Below are positions 1 to 10,529 of a DNA stretch of 64,000 nucleotides, piece after piece. Each line of letters opens with the position of its first letter. Position 1 is the stretch's first letter. The position numbers were made by a program, and so were the translations under genes. Source of the DNA: Ignavibacteriota bacterium (GTDB lineage: Bacteria > Bacteroidota > Ignavibacteria > UBA10030); the NCBI GenBank assembly GCA_003142475.1, contig PLMK01000042.1:131586-195585 (forward strand), given 5' to 3'. The notes under the pieces were generated by a model. It ran no database searches. It worked only from the letters and a program-made list of their open reading frames with translations, and was not told where the DNA came from.

Positions 1-5
1 AGGAA

Positions 6-776
6 ATGGAGGAATACGAGCCTCATATTGTCAACGGCACGATCATCTATGCGGGTGTGGATTATGAAGCAATTTTGCGGGAAGCGGAAAAAGAAGCTGA
101 TGTAATTGTGTGGGATGGCGGTAACAACGATATGTCATTCTATCAACCTGATCTCACAATCACAGTTGCAGATCCGCATCGAGCAGGGCACGAAATATCT
201 TATTATCCCGGTGCAGTCAACATTCATCTCGCTGATGTTGTAATCATAAATAAAATTGATACATCATCCCGAATAAATATTGATATTGTTCGGAAGAACA
301 TCGTAAGCATCAATCCGAAAGCGATAATAATCGAAGCGGCGTCGCCTATAAGTGTGGAAAATGAATCCGTCATTCGGAATAAACGCGTCCTAGTGGTGGA
401 AGATGGCCCAACGCTGACACATGGCGAAATGACTTATGGAGCCGGTCACGTCGCGGCACGAAAGTACGGTGCAAAAGAGATTGTCGATCCGCGTCCGTGG
501 GTAGTCAATTCCATTGCTGAAACTTTTAAGAAATATCCACATATTGGAACGTTACTGCCGGCAATGGGGTATGGCGGAAAACAGATCAAAGATCTGGAAA
601 CGACTATCAACAGAGTTGAGTGCGATTCTGTCATTATCGGCACACCGATTGACCTCCGCCGCATCATCAAGATCAACAAGCCAAGCACGCGTATTTATTA
701 CGAGCTGGACGAAATTGCAAAACCGAATTTGAATGAGATTTTGACCGGCTTCATGAAAAAACACGGATTAAAATGA
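6..776 (+). CDS. C-terminal part of a cyclic 2,3-diphosphoglycerate synthetase-like P-loop protein (COG2403); probable arginine synthetase ArcE; 5' end lies outside the window
   Basis: Motifs [20 protein letters not shown] and LLPAMGY; directly upstream of OTC and carbamate kinase. Confidence 0.8.
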   Translation: MEEYEPHIVNGTIIYAGVDYEAILREAEKEADVIVWDGGNNDMSFYQPDLTITVADPHRAGHEISYYPGAVNIHLADVVIINKIDTSSRINIDIVRKNIVSINPKAIIIEAASPISVENESVIRNKRVLVVEDGPTLTHGEMTYGAGHVAARKYGAKEIVDPRPWVVNSIAETFKKYPHIGTLLPAMGYGGKQIKDLETTINRVECDSVIIGTPIDLRRIIKINKPSTRIYYELDEIAKPNLNEILTGFMKKHGLK

Positions 777-836
777 ATTTTTGCACGGATATAATATATT
801 ATATCCCTGCAGGTTTAATAAAATGGAGAATAATTT

Positions 837-1850
837 ATGAAACGAGATTTTCTCACTATCGCCGATTGGTCGGAGAAAGAGTTGCTCCAAATCCTCGACT
901 TGTCGAAGAAAATGAAAGCTAATCCTAAAAAATTTGCTAAGTCGTTGGAAGGCAAATCGGTTGCTTTGATTTTTGAGAAGCAATCGCTTCGTACTCACGT
1001 CACGTTTGAAATCGGCATCAAGCAACTCGGTGCCAATACTGTTTATCTCTCAAATGCAGATATCAGCCTTGGTAAACGCGAATCTATTTATGATACGGCA
1101 AAAAACTTAGAACGCTGGGTTGATGCAATTGTAATCCGAACATTTGCTCATAAAAATGTTACAGATCTCGCACGACATGCAGGTTCATGCATTGTAAATG
1201 CACTTACAGATTTTGAACACCCTTGTCAGGCGGTTGGAGATTTTCTCACCATTCAAGAGCATCTTGGCTCTTTCAAGGGAAAAAAGTTCGCGTGGGTTGG
1301 CGATGGAAACAATGTATGCCATTCGCTTATGCTATTGGCGGCAAAAGTTGGAATGAATTTTACTGCTGTTACCCCCGCTGGGCTTCTACCGGATACAAAC
1401 ATCGTAAATCTTGCCAAAGAAATTGCCGCACCGACTGGCGCGAGAATCGAACTCTCAACAAATCCACCTGAAGGTGTGCGCGATGCAGATGTTATATACA
1501 CAGACGTATGGGTTAGTATGGGACAAGAGGCTGACCGTGAAATAAAGATGAAAGCATTTTCTGGATTTCAATTAAACGCAGAATTGATGAAGAATGCAAA
1601 ACCGACTGCCGTCTTTATGCATTGCTTGCCGGCGCATCGCGGAGAAGAAGTAACTGATGAAGTGATGGACTCACCTCAGTCCATTGTGTTCGATGAAGCA
1701 GAGAATCGACTTCACACACAAAAGGCAATTATCTATACGTTGTTGAAGGGACAGAGTCGTGAAAAACTCAATACTGGTAGCGGTCGGCGGAAACTCACTC
1801 ATTCGCGCGGGACAACGCGGAACAATAGCCGAACAGCGCGAAAACGTTAG
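837..1850 (+). CDS. argF: Ornithine carbamoyltransferase
   Basis: FEKQSLRT, HPCQ, DVWVSMG, HCLP and DEAENR motifs; C-terminal tail overlaps arcC. Confidence 0.93.
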   Translation: MKRDFLTIADWSEKELLQILDLSKKMKANPKKFAKSLEGKSVALIFEKQSLRTHVTFEIGIKQLGANTVYLSNADISLGKRESIYDTAKNLERWVDAIVIRTFAHKNVTDLARHAGSCIVNALTDFEHPCQAVGDFLTIQEHLGSFKGKKFAWVGDGNNVCHSLMLLAAKVGMNFTAVTPAGLLPDTNIVNLAKEIAAPTGARIELSTNPPEGVRDADVIYTDVWVSMGQEADREIKMKAFSGFQLNAELMKNAKPTAVFMHCLPAHRGEEVTDEVMDSPQSIVFDEAENRLHTQKAIIYTLLKGQSREKLNTGSGRRKLTHSRGTTRNNSRTARKR

Positions 1851-2697
1851 GATCACTGCTGAGTTTATAGCTGGAATTGCTGCGCGTGGATATTCGCTTG
1901 TTGTCACGCATGGGAACGGTCCGCAAGTCGGTGCACAGTTATTGCGCTCAGAAGCCGGTTCTTCTCAAACATACACGCTTCCGCTGGATATCTGTGTCGC
2001 AATGACGCAAGGTGAGATCGGTTTCGCGTTACAAAATTCCATGCAGATGACGTTTCGGAAACATGGAATCAATCGTCCGGTAGTTACTGTAGTAACACAA
2101 GTGGTCGTTGACAAGAACGATCCAGCATTCCAGCGTCCAACTAAACCGATCGGCCCGTTTTATTCCAAAGAAACTGCTGAACGTAAACGAAAAGAGTTAG
2201 GGTGGAGTATTATTGAAGATGCCGCTCGCGGCTATCGGCGCGTTGTTGCCTCACCTCTTCCGAAAGATATCGTCGAACTTGAAGTGATCAAAGGCTGTCT
2301 TGAACGCGACATCATCGTTGTTGCGGTTGGCGGCGGCGGTATTCCTGTGACTTTTGACGATGGTGAATTGAAAGGCATTGAAGCAGTGATCGATAAAGAC
2401 CGTGCATCCGCTTTGCTTGCTGCGAAATTAGGTATCGAACATTTTATCATTTCCACTGAAGTCCCGGAAGTATACATTAATTACAAGAGACCGAATCAGC
2501 AAAAATTATGTAGCATTACAATGGTGGAAGCAAAAAAACATTTTGCCGATGGACAGTTTAGCGAAGGAAGTATGAAACCAAAGATTGAAGCCGCCATGGA
2601 TTTTCTCAACAACGGCGGTAAAATGGTTACTATCACCGATCCGGAACATCTGATCGCCGCACTCGATGGCGAAGCAGGAACAAGAATAACAAAATAA
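1759..2697 (+). CDS. arcC: Carbamate kinase
   Basis: AVGGNSL, THGNGPQVG, KPIGPFY, GGGGIPV, AVIDKD and GSMKPK motifs; GTG start. Confidence 0.95.
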   Translation: MKNSILVAVGGNSLIRAGQRGTIAEQRENVRITAEFIAGIAARGYSLVVTHGNGPQVGAQLLRSEAGSSQTYTLPLDICVAMTQGEIGFALQNSMQMTFRKHGINRPVVTVVTQVVVDKNDPAFQRPTKPIGPFYSKETAERKRKELGWSIIEDAARGYRRVVASPLPKDIVELEVIKGCLERDIIVVAVGGGGIPVTFDDGELKGIEAVIDKDRASALLAAKLGIEHFIISTEVPEVYINYKRPNQQKLCSITMVEAKKHFADGQFSEGSMKPKIEAAMDFLNNGGKMVTITDPEHLIAALDGEAGTRITK

Positions 2698-2701
2698 ACA
2701 T

Positions 2702-2730
2702 TGTAGGGGTGAGTTCTCCTCGCCCATACA
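2702..2730. repeat. GTAG-led intergenic hairpin (REP-like)
   Basis: tgtaggggtgag-ttctc-ctcgcccataca, 10/12 inverted match, between arcC and pyrB. Confidence 0.45.
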
Positions 2731-2745
2731 AAGCTAAATCAAGGA

Positions 2746-3669
2746 ATGACCATGAAGCTTCAACATATTATAGAATCCCAACAATTTACACTTCCAATGC
2801 TGAATGAATTGTTTAGTCTGGCAGATCAAATGGGAAGTATCGTCATACGCGGCGGTACATTAGATTACCAGCACAAAATTATGGCATCGCTGTTTTATGA
2901 GCCGTCAACTCGGACACGATTCTCATTTGAGTCAGCAATGCTGCGGCTTGGCGGTAAGATCATGTCCACTGAACGTGCACAGGATTTTTCTTCTGTCTCG
3001 TACGGTGAATCGCTGGAAGATACTATCCGCGTGGTCGGTAATTACGCAGATGTGATCGTTTTACGCCACAATCAAATTGGCGGTGTCAAACGGGCTGCGG
3101 CAATATCAACGACTCCGATTATCAATGCCGGCGATGGCAAAGGCGGCCAACATCCGACACAAGCATTGCTTGATCTATTTACCATCTACAAAGAAATTAA
3201 AACTATTGATGGAGTTAAAGTTGCTCTCGTTGGGAATCTATTAGATGGGCGAACGGTTCGTTCGCTTGCCTATTTACTTGGAAAATACGAACGTGTAAAA
3301 ATCTATTTCGTTGCCCCGCCAACACTCCAGATGAAACAAGATATTCTCGATTATTTGAACCGTCATAATGTTTGGTACACCTTGGAAAGCGACTTCAATA
3401 AAATTTTACCCGAAGTTGATGTCGTGTATATGACACGCATCGAAGAAGAAAAAATTCCAGCTGCTTCAATAGAAAGACCATTCAAGCGTTATTTCATCGA
3501 TGAAGAGGTAATGCGGCTCATGCAATCCAATGCAATTCTCATGCACCCATTACCGCGGCTCAACGAAATTTCACCGATAATAGATGCCGATCCTCGTGCA
3601 GCGTACTTCCGCCAGACCAAGAATGGTGTTTTAATACGAATGGCTCTCTTGGTTTCTGTGTTGGATTGA
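2746..3669 (+). CDS. pyrB: Aspartate carbamoyltransferase catalytic subunit
   Basis: FYEPSTRT, INAGDG, HPTQ, YMTRI and MHPLPR motifs. Confidence 0.95.
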   Translation: MTMKLQHIIESQQFTLPMLNELFSLADQMGSIVIRGGTLDYQHKIMASLFYEPSTRTRFSFESAMLRLGGKIMSTERAQDFSSVSYGESLEDTIRVVGNYADVIVLRHNQIGGVKRAAAISTTPIINAGDGKGGQHPTQALLDLFTIYKEIKTIDGVKVALVGNLLDGRTVRSLAYLLGKYERVKIYFVAPPTLQMKQDILDYLNRHNVWYTLESDFNKILPEVDVVYMTRIEEEKIPAASIERPFKRYFIDEEVMRLMQSNAILMHPLPRLNEISPIIDADPRAAYFRQTKNGVLIRMALLVSVLD

Positions 3670-6213
3670 AGAGTGATGTAGTCGTTTTCTGGATTTCCCT
3701 CTTCCATTTTTACTTTTCACAACAACCATGGTTACATCGTCATGCTGTTCGGAGGAGCCGCGAAACTTTTCTACTTTTGTCAGAATTGCATGCTGAATAC
3801 TTTCTGCGGATAAATGCCGCTTCGTCTTCAACAAATCAACGATGGCTTTTTCTCCCAATTGCTGTTTTCCTTCATTCATTGCCTCAGTAATGCCATCCGT
3901 GTAGAAGAGAAAGAGACTATCTGGCTTGATTGGCATTCTTATTTCTTCTATCGTGTCTTCGAACACCGGACCGCGCTCCAATCCCAATCCAATACCGCCG
4001 CCTTCAATGAATCTAATTTTTCCATTCGCGTTAAAAAGTGCTTTATTATGTCCGGCTCTGCAAATACGCACTTCTTTCTTCTTCATATCGAATAACGCTA
4101 GAATCATCGTGATAAATGATCTGCGATCCATACCATCAAAAATGCGCCGGTTAATATTTGTAAGCATTTCTTTCGGCGTGCTGTAAATATGCGCCGCGAG
4201 CTGGACCATTCCCTGAACCTTCGACATATACAACGCGGCAGACATTCCTTTGCCGGAGACATCTGCAACAACAGCAAGAATTTTATTTGGACTCAATTGA
4301 ATGAAGTCATAGTAGTCGCCTCCAACACTCAATGCAGGCACCGACACACCAGAAATATCGAGACCGGAAATTTCTGGATTCTTTTTTGGAAATAATCCTT
4401 GCTGAATTTTTCGTGCGAGATCCAACTCTTCTTTGACACGCTGCTGATCGATTTCCGACTTATGCAGGCGCGAGTTTTCGATAGCAATGGCGGCTTGTCC
4501 AGCAACGGTCGCCAGCAAGTTGATATCTTCCTGCGAATACACTTTACCGGACATTTTAGGTCCAACATTAATGAATCCTACTAATCGATCCTGCAGAAAC
4601 ATTGGTACAGTTAGAACAACACCGGCGTGCAGTAGTTTTTGTTTTTCTTCTTCCCGTAAATCGGTGCTATCGTACTCATCATCAAGTAAGTGGAGGTCTA
4701 TCGGTTTGCGTGTCTTCTGTAAAAGTGCCATCAGTGTATGGTCACCGTCGCCAAACATACAATCTGCTTGATCCAAATTCTGTGAAGCCGAATTGCATCC
4801 TTCTTTCTCTCCACAAATGAACACAGATATTTTTTCAATATGCATTGTTGAAGAGAGGCGTGAAACAATCGAGTTGAGGATGTGTTCCATTTCCATCAAG
4901 CGCGGAAGTTCCTGTGTAAATTCCAACAAGGCCTGCTGGTAATCGTACCGTTCATGGAAAAATATCCTGTCAATCCCGTTCTGAAAACGCTGTTTAACAG
5001 GATCAAAAATAAAAGCGACCACAATAAGCGATACAATAATGAACAATTGATTATCCTGCGCACCAAAAAAGTAATTTACAAGCGTACCAATCCCATAGAC
5101 AGAGACAAAATAAATAGCAGCCAATGCTGCTGTAACAGTTCCATAAATTAAACTGCGGCGAATAACAACATCGACATCCATTAATCGATGACGAAAGATG
5201 GCATATCCAAAAAACATCGGTACAACAACGAGAAGCATCATCGGCAGGAGAATTATGGGATTGAGAAATGCGATAAATTGAAAAAATGTCTGTGCTACAA
5301 GTGCGTAGGCAAATATAATCAAACCAATGGCGACCCCTATCAGCACTGGACGGAGCTGCACACGTTGCTCTTTGGGGACGATGACGAAGTAACTTCGGAC
5401 AAATAAAACAAACCCGGTAAAGAAAAAGATATAGCGAGTTAAAAAGAAAACAACCGTAATCCATTGGGGTCCACGTATTATTATACCATTTACTATCATC
5501 CCGACGAGCGCTAGAAAACTTATACTATACAAAATTATTGTGAGCATCCGGCTCTTGTGTCCTTTTCGTTTCATAGGGAAAAAGAGAAAAAAGCGTATCA
5601 GCGGTGGAGGCGCAGCGATAGAAGTAAAAATGAACATAAACCCGAGTAGCGCAACTCGCCAGGATGGATCAGTTAAAGGACTAATATTAAATGCTGAGAA
5701 CCCGAAAAAGAGCATCAAATAGATACTGTAATGGGCAAACATACGTTGGATTTTTCCCAATGGCTTGACGATAACAACTACATATCCAACAAATAAAAAT
5801 CCAAATCCAAATAAGAATTGACCTAAATATCCAAGATTGATGTATTTGAGGATGAGAACCCGCACATCGAACTGTGTTCCATTCCTTTCAATCGTATATA
5901 TCGCATACGACCCGACAAGCTTATTAATCATGAGTTGTGCATCATTTGATGTTTTGAAGTTCTTCCCATCAATTTTTACAAGGAAATCGCCATCCTTGAT
6001 CCCTGCCTGTTCGGTTACACCACCACTTATAATATTTCTTATGAGGAGCCTTGAGGTATCTTTATCAATCCAAAAGCATTGGTCATTGCCGGTAACACGT
6101 TCGAACATTTGAATCGAAAAATTGAGAAGACAGAGTCCCAACACGATCAAGGTTAATAGAGTATAGATAATCCTGATTGAACGCTGTGATAATTTGGAGA
6201 ATGGATTTGTCAT
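3631..6213 (-). CDS. Membrane PP2C/SpoIIE-family phosphatase with N-terminal PDZ, multi-TM region and GAF domain
   Basis: PDZ-like AGIKDGDFLVKIDG; several TM helices; GAF ending AAIAIENSRL; VGGDYYD, ADVSGKG, YTDGITEA and DDVT motifs. Confidence 0.88.
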   Translation of the reverse strand: MTNPFSKLSQRSIRIIYTLLTLIVLGLCLLNFSIQMFERVTGNDQCFWIDKDTSRLLIRNIISGGVTEQAGIKDGDFLVKIDGKNFKTSNDAQLMINKLVGSYAIYTIERNGTQFDVRVLILKYINLGYLGQFLFGFGFLFVGYVVVIVKPLGKIQRMFAHYSIYLMLFFGFSAFNISPLTDPSWRVALLGFMFIFTSIAAPPPLIRFFLFFPMKRKGHKSRMLTIILYSISFLALVGMIVNGIIIRGPQWITVVFFLTRYIFFFTGFVLFVRSYFVIVPKEQRVQLRPVLIGVAIGLIIFAYALVAQTFFQFIAFLNPIILLPMMLLVVVPMFFGYAIFRHRLMDVDVVIRRSLIYGTVTAALAAIYFVSVYGIGTLVNYFFGAQDNQLFIIVSLIVVAFIFDPVKQRFQNGIDRIFFHERYDYQQALLEFTQELPRLMEMEHILNSIVSRLSSTMHIEKISVFICGEKEGCNSASQNLDQADCMFGDGDHTLMALLQKTRKPIDLHLLDDEYDSTDLREEEKQKLLHAGVVLTVPMFLQDRLVGFINVGPKMSGKVYSQEDINLLATVAGQAAIAIENSRLHKSEIDQQRVKEELDLARKIQQGLFPKKNPEISGLDISGVSVPALSVGGDYYDFIQLSPNKILAVVADVSGKGMSAALYMSKVQGMVQLAAHIYSTPKEMLTNINRRIFDGMDRRSFITMILALFDMKKKEVRICRAGHNKALFNANGKIRFIEGGGIGLGLERGPVFEDTIEEIRMPIKPDSLFLFYTDGITEAMNEGKQQLGEKAIVDLLKTKRHLSAESIQHAILTKVEKFRGSSEQHDDVTMVVVKSKNGRGKSRKRLHHSSIQHRNQESHSY

Positions 6214-6358
6214 GGATATTCTCGCTATATGTCAACCAACGGTTAGTAAGTTGTTATCCCTCTTACTCTTCTTTAGAGATACGAAATAGTAAAACAATAA
6301 GTTACTATATTATTACATACACGATAGGAATTAGAAATTTCTTTTCATTCCGCAGTAA

Positions 6359-9166
6359 TCAATTTCGCACAACGCCGGCAATAGGATAACCTATGCTGAA
6401 GTACAAGACAAAAGGTCCAAAGCTCACCGGATGATGCAACAAATCAGTGCGGAGATAAAAACTTCGGCCCAAAGAAAAATCCGCAGGACCAATCGGCGTA
6501 TCTAACCCGAGCGTAACGCCAATGCCATGTTTAAAATCCTCTAAGCGCATTTCTTCCGCCTTCGTCCATACAGCTCCCAAGTCGTAACGCGCTTTAAAGT
6601 ATGTATCGAAGAAAATCGAGAATGGAAGTTTGTACTGGTATTCCAGACTCGCTACCATCAACTGTTTACCGCGCGCATTGTCTTCACGAAATCCAAAGAA
6701 ATTTTCCTGCCCACCAAGCGAGAATTCCTCGCTAAAAGGTAGGGTCTCATCCGCAACACCAATCATAATCCGTGGATGAAGCGTATGATTCTTGATGATG
6801 GTCTGATATCTTTCGTATGAGAAAAACATTTTTGTAAATCCAACAGCATTTACTAATTTTATTAATGCCGATTCATAGGAAAAATCTATAACGATGCCAT
6901 CGGTAGGGTACGGCAATTTATCTTGTGTGTCTACATTCGTTCCAAATCGGATAGATGAAATATTGTATTCTTGATTTGTCAAAGGTTGGTTGTCGATGTT
7001 AAACGTCTGGTTGTAGATGTTATATACTCTGTGCCGTTCCAATCTTCCTTCAATTGTAACGCTTCCTAACCGCTCGAGTTGTGTTCCAAAACTCGCTGAG
7101 CCGCCTTCACGCACTTCTCGATATTCGCCGACTTTTTCACGCTCAAACAGATATGGATCGCTTGATTGCACATCATTATAGACATTTATATCGCGACTGA
7201 GAGAATATCCTTTTAAGCTGAACGTTAAGTAGGAATTGAAGATTCTGATCGCTTTCAATTCTCCAAGATAGGTTTGATTATTAGTCCCTCCACCAATCAG
7301 CAAGCCGATTTCTGCGCCAGCGCCGAATAAATTTTCATTTCGAATATCGATCGATGGCTGGATATTACGTTCATTATCCACACGCAAGCCGAAACGAATC
7401 AATTCTGTACTTCTCTCTCGCGCTTTGATAGTAGTAATATTGAATTTTCCTGTGCTGTCTTCATGATGAGTCGTAACAAGGATCTGTTCAAATAGACTTG
7501 TGCCATAGAGATTTGAAATTCCTTTGGCTACTTTAGAAATATTGAAGAGGCTTGGCGCTTTAAAAGGCAGTTCGCGCCAAATAATCCAATCACGGGACTT
7601 TTTTGTGCCGGTAATATCAATGCGATAAATTGTGCCTTCATCAAGCATAACAGTGGCTGTGGCTGATAAAGAATCGAATGTAATATCGGTTACACGGGCA
7701 AGTGAATAACCGGCAGTACGGTAAATTGTAAGCAAACGTTCAATAGCTCGCTCCACTGAATTCAGGTTTAGATAATTGCCGAGCATGGGCTGAAACACAG
7801 TAAGCAGTGTATCGCAACTAAAAACCTGATTGCCTGAAATTTTAACATTACGAAGAATGAGATTATATATGCTATGGATTTCAATGATCGTAGAATCGGC
7901 GTACTGTTCTACAATTCCTTCCACAGAGGCGTACTCGCCTTTGCTGTACAAATCGTTCACGAAACGGTGCAGGTCTATCTCTGTTATCCAACCGCGCTTC
8001 TCGTACGTCTGAAGACTATCTTGAAATGCCGACGGCAATGAGCCTGACCAAGAAAACCGAGGCGACTTGAATTGCATGGTACTATCCGCGCGAGACAACC
8101 TGAGCGTGCGATCTTCCACAAGTTTTTTCAGTGTGGGAATTAATTCTTCAGCAGAAAGTTCCCCCGCAGTAATCAATGAATCAATACCAGTAAAATCAGA
8201 AGCCAGATGATCACCTAATCTCGGTGTAATAACAATATCTGCTTTTGCTCGCGAAAGTTTATTTGCCTCTTGCATCATAATAGTGGTAATCTGATCTGCA
8301 ATTTCCCAAGGCGCATTGAGTTTGCTCTTTGGCCTTAGCGGACTTACCATATCAACAGCAATAACAATATTTGCTTTTTCTGCAATAGCGACATCCACTG
8401 GAAGATTATCTACCAATCCTCCGTCAAGGAGTTGCATAGAATCGCGTGGCACACTACTGAATAACAATGGTATTGCCATGCTAGCACGCAACGCTTCCGT
8501 CATATCGCCGCTTTCTATTACGATCCTTTTTCCTGTAACAAGATCTGTTGTAACGGCACGGAATGGAATACGAAGATCATTAAAACTAGGATCGGGATGG
8601 TAGATTCCCTGCAGTGTAAGGAGGTTGAGATAATTTGATAATCGTCGGCCTGTAGAAAACGCTTGCGGAATAACCGGCTCTAGACCTTCAAAACGCAATA
8701 CAAGAACGCTCTTGTCGCGCGCAATTTTTTGATCGAAAAAAAGATCACGGCGTTTCGATTCGTCACTGTAACTTAGAAGATCATCCCAATTTGTCGTATC
8801 TACTAAGCTTTGAAGTTGATCGGTTGAGTATCCCATCGCGTACAAACCGCCTATTACACTGCCTATGCTTGTGCCAACAATCAAATCAATAGGAATATCG
8901 TTACGTTCTATAATTCGCAGTACACCAATGGCGGCGATCCCGCGTGCGCCACCGCCGCTGAGCACTAGTGCAACGCGCGGCCGCCGTACCGAATGGACGG
9001 AATTCAATTTAGAATATCGTGACTTCACTTCACGAATATCCGGCTTGATTATGGTTATTCGAGGCTGCGGTGTGGCAATGCCTTGCGCACACGCCAAAAT
9101 CGGCAGAACTGCGAATAAAACAAGGACTATACGAAATATTTGTTGACGCACAGGGATAGGTACCAA
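6359..9166 (-). CDS. Patatin-like phospholipase fused to POTRA and Omp85/BamA-type beta-barrel (PlpD-like)
   Basis: Signal peptide; LSGGGARG, GTSIG and DGG patatin motifs; barrel motifs FSLGG and DTPIGP. Confidence 0.88.
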   Translation of the reverse strand: MVPIPVRQQIFRIVLVLFAVLPILACAQGIATPQPRITIIKPDIREVKSRYSKLNSVHSVRRPRVALVLSGGGARGIAAIGVLRIIERNDIPIDLIVGTSIGSVIGGLYAMGYSTDQLQSLVDTTNWDDLLSYSDESKRRDLFFDQKIARDKSVLVLRFEGLEPVIPQAFSTGRRLSNYLNLLTLQGIYHPDPSFNDLRIPFRAVTTDLVTGKRIVIESGDMTEALRASMAIPLLFSSVPRDSMQLLDGGLVDNLPVDVAIAEKANIVIAVDMVSPLRPKSKLNAPWEIADQITTIMMQEANKLSRAKADIVITPRLGDHLASDFTGIDSLITAGELSAEELIPTLKKLVEDRTLRLSRADSTMQFKSPRFSWSGSLPSAFQDSLQTYEKRGWITEIDLHRFVNDLYSKGEYASVEGIVEQYADSTIIEIHSIYNLILRNVKISGNQVFSCDTLLTVFQPMLGNYLNLNSVERAIERLLTIYRTAGYSLARVTDITFDSLSATATVMLDEGTIYRIDITGTKKSRDWIIWRELPFKAPSLFNISKVAKGISNLYGTSLFEQILVTTHHEDSTGKFNITTIKARERSTELIRFGLRVDNERNIQPSIDIRNENLFGAGAEIGLLIGGGTNNQTYLGELKAIRIFNSYLTFSLKGYSLSRDINVYNDVQSSDPYLFEREKVGEYREVREGGSASFGTQLERLGSVTIEGRLERHRVYNIYNQTFNIDNQPLTNQEYNISSIRFGTNVDTQDKLPYPTDGIVIDFSYESALIKLVNAVGFTKMFFSYERYQTIIKNHTLHPRIMIGVADETLPFSEEFSLGGQENFFGFREDNARGKQLMVASLEYQYKLPFSIFFDTYFKARYDLGAVWTKAEEMRLEDFKHGIGVTLGLDTPIGPADFSLGRSFYLRTDLLHHPVSFGPFVLYFSIGYPIAGVVRN

Positions 9167-9293
9167 ATAATTTTGTATGAAAGATTACCAAAAAATACGT
9201 CGAATTGCAACGGAAGATCTATTGAAAAGTGATAATACAAAGAGAATAAATAGCGCTGTAAATGCCTTTAGCGGATCTTTAGTTTTTTATTCT

Positions 9294-9494
9294 TCACTTT
9301 GCTCCCGGTCCGCGCAGAATTCTTGCAGGTAGCATGATTAACGTTGAAAGGAAAGCAAAAAGCCCATTCATCGTTAGACCAATGATGCGAAACGGAAGCA
9401 TCAGAAACCAAACGATTGGATATAACACTAGCGCAAGCAACGCCAACGGCCAACATAGAAAAAGAAGAATGATCCAAAGAATAAACGTGAACAT
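9294..9494 (-). CDS. Small hydrophobic membrane protein
   Basis: 66 aa hydrophobic ORF with AGGAGG SD upstream. Confidence 0.7.
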   Translation of the reverse strand: MFTFILWIILLFLCWPLALLALVLYPIVWFLMLPFRIIGLTMNGLFAFLSTLIMLPARILRGPGAK

Positions 9495-9715
9495 TTATAC
9501 CTCCTTTTGATATTCTCTCTATACGGAAAACATGCCAATCAGGTTGCAAATCATTAGCCGACTATTACATCTTGGCGTATTTGCATGGAAACGGTTTCTT
9601 TATTTTCATTACCAACTCTATTATTAGATACTAACTGAGTGGTTTGCTTGGACAGGCAAAAAACATTATATTTTTTCGCAACCAATCACTCGTCATGAAA
9701 GACAGATGAACCATT

Positions 9716-10525
9716 GTGGCTAAAATAATTGTCGTAGCTAATCAAAAAGGAGGCGTTGGCAAAACAACGACCGCTATTAATCTGGCAGCTTCATTAGCTG
9801 CAGCGGAGAAGCGAGTTCTGTTGGTTGATAATGACCCACAGGCAAACGCCACAAGCGGCGTCGGCTCAGCGGGTATCGATGGAAAAACAATTTACGAAGT
9901 ACTTGTTGGAGAAGTAGAAGCAGCGGATGCAATTCAACCGACACAAATGCCTTACCTATCTGTTCTTCCATCACATATCAATCTTGTCGGTGCTGAAATT
10001 GAAATGGTAGAGATGCAGAATCGAGAACACCTGCTCACGAACGCTCTTTTACCAGTACGTGAACGCTTCGACTTTATAGTTGTAGATTGTCCGCCCTCAC
10101 TTGGCTTGTTGACTCTCAATGCTTTAACGGCAGCTGATTCTGTTCTCATTCCTGTTCAATGCGAATACTTTGCATTGGAAGGACTCGGTCAGCTGTTCAA
10201 CACTATCAACATGGTCAAGAAAACGCTGAATCCCAATTTAGATATCGAAGGGGTATTGCTGACAATGTTCGATTCACGCCTCAGGCTCTCAAATCAAATT
10301 GTTGAAGAAGTGAAACGTTACTTCGGCGATAAAGTTTTCGCCACAATTGTTTCACGCAATATCCGATTAAGTGAAGCGCCAAGTTTCGGTAAGCCGATTA
10401 TTCTTTATGATGCAATTTGCATTGGCACACGAAATTACATGGAACTGGCGAAAGAAGTATTAAAGAACAACAAGTTCTTTGCCATTGAACCTCTGTTACA
10501 TGAAAAAACTTTCATCGGGCCATAA
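9716..10525 (+). CDS. parA: ParA/Soj chromosome partitioning ATPase
   Basis: [22 protein letters not shown] and EAPSFG motifs. Confidence 0.96.
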   Translation: MAKIIVVANQKGGVGKTTTAINLAASLAAAEKRVLLVDNDPQANATSGVGSAGIDGKTIYEVLVGEVEAADAIQPTQMPYLSVLPSHINLVGAEIEMVEMQNREHLLTNALLPVRERFDFIVVDCPPSLGLLTLNALTAADSVLIPVQCEYFALEGLGQLFNTINMVKKTLNPNLDIEGVLLTMFDSRLRLSNQIVEEVKRYFGDKVFATIVSRNIRLSEAPSFGKPIILYDAICIGTRNYMELAKEVLKNNKFFAIEPLLHEKTFIGP

Positions 10526-10529
10526 GATT

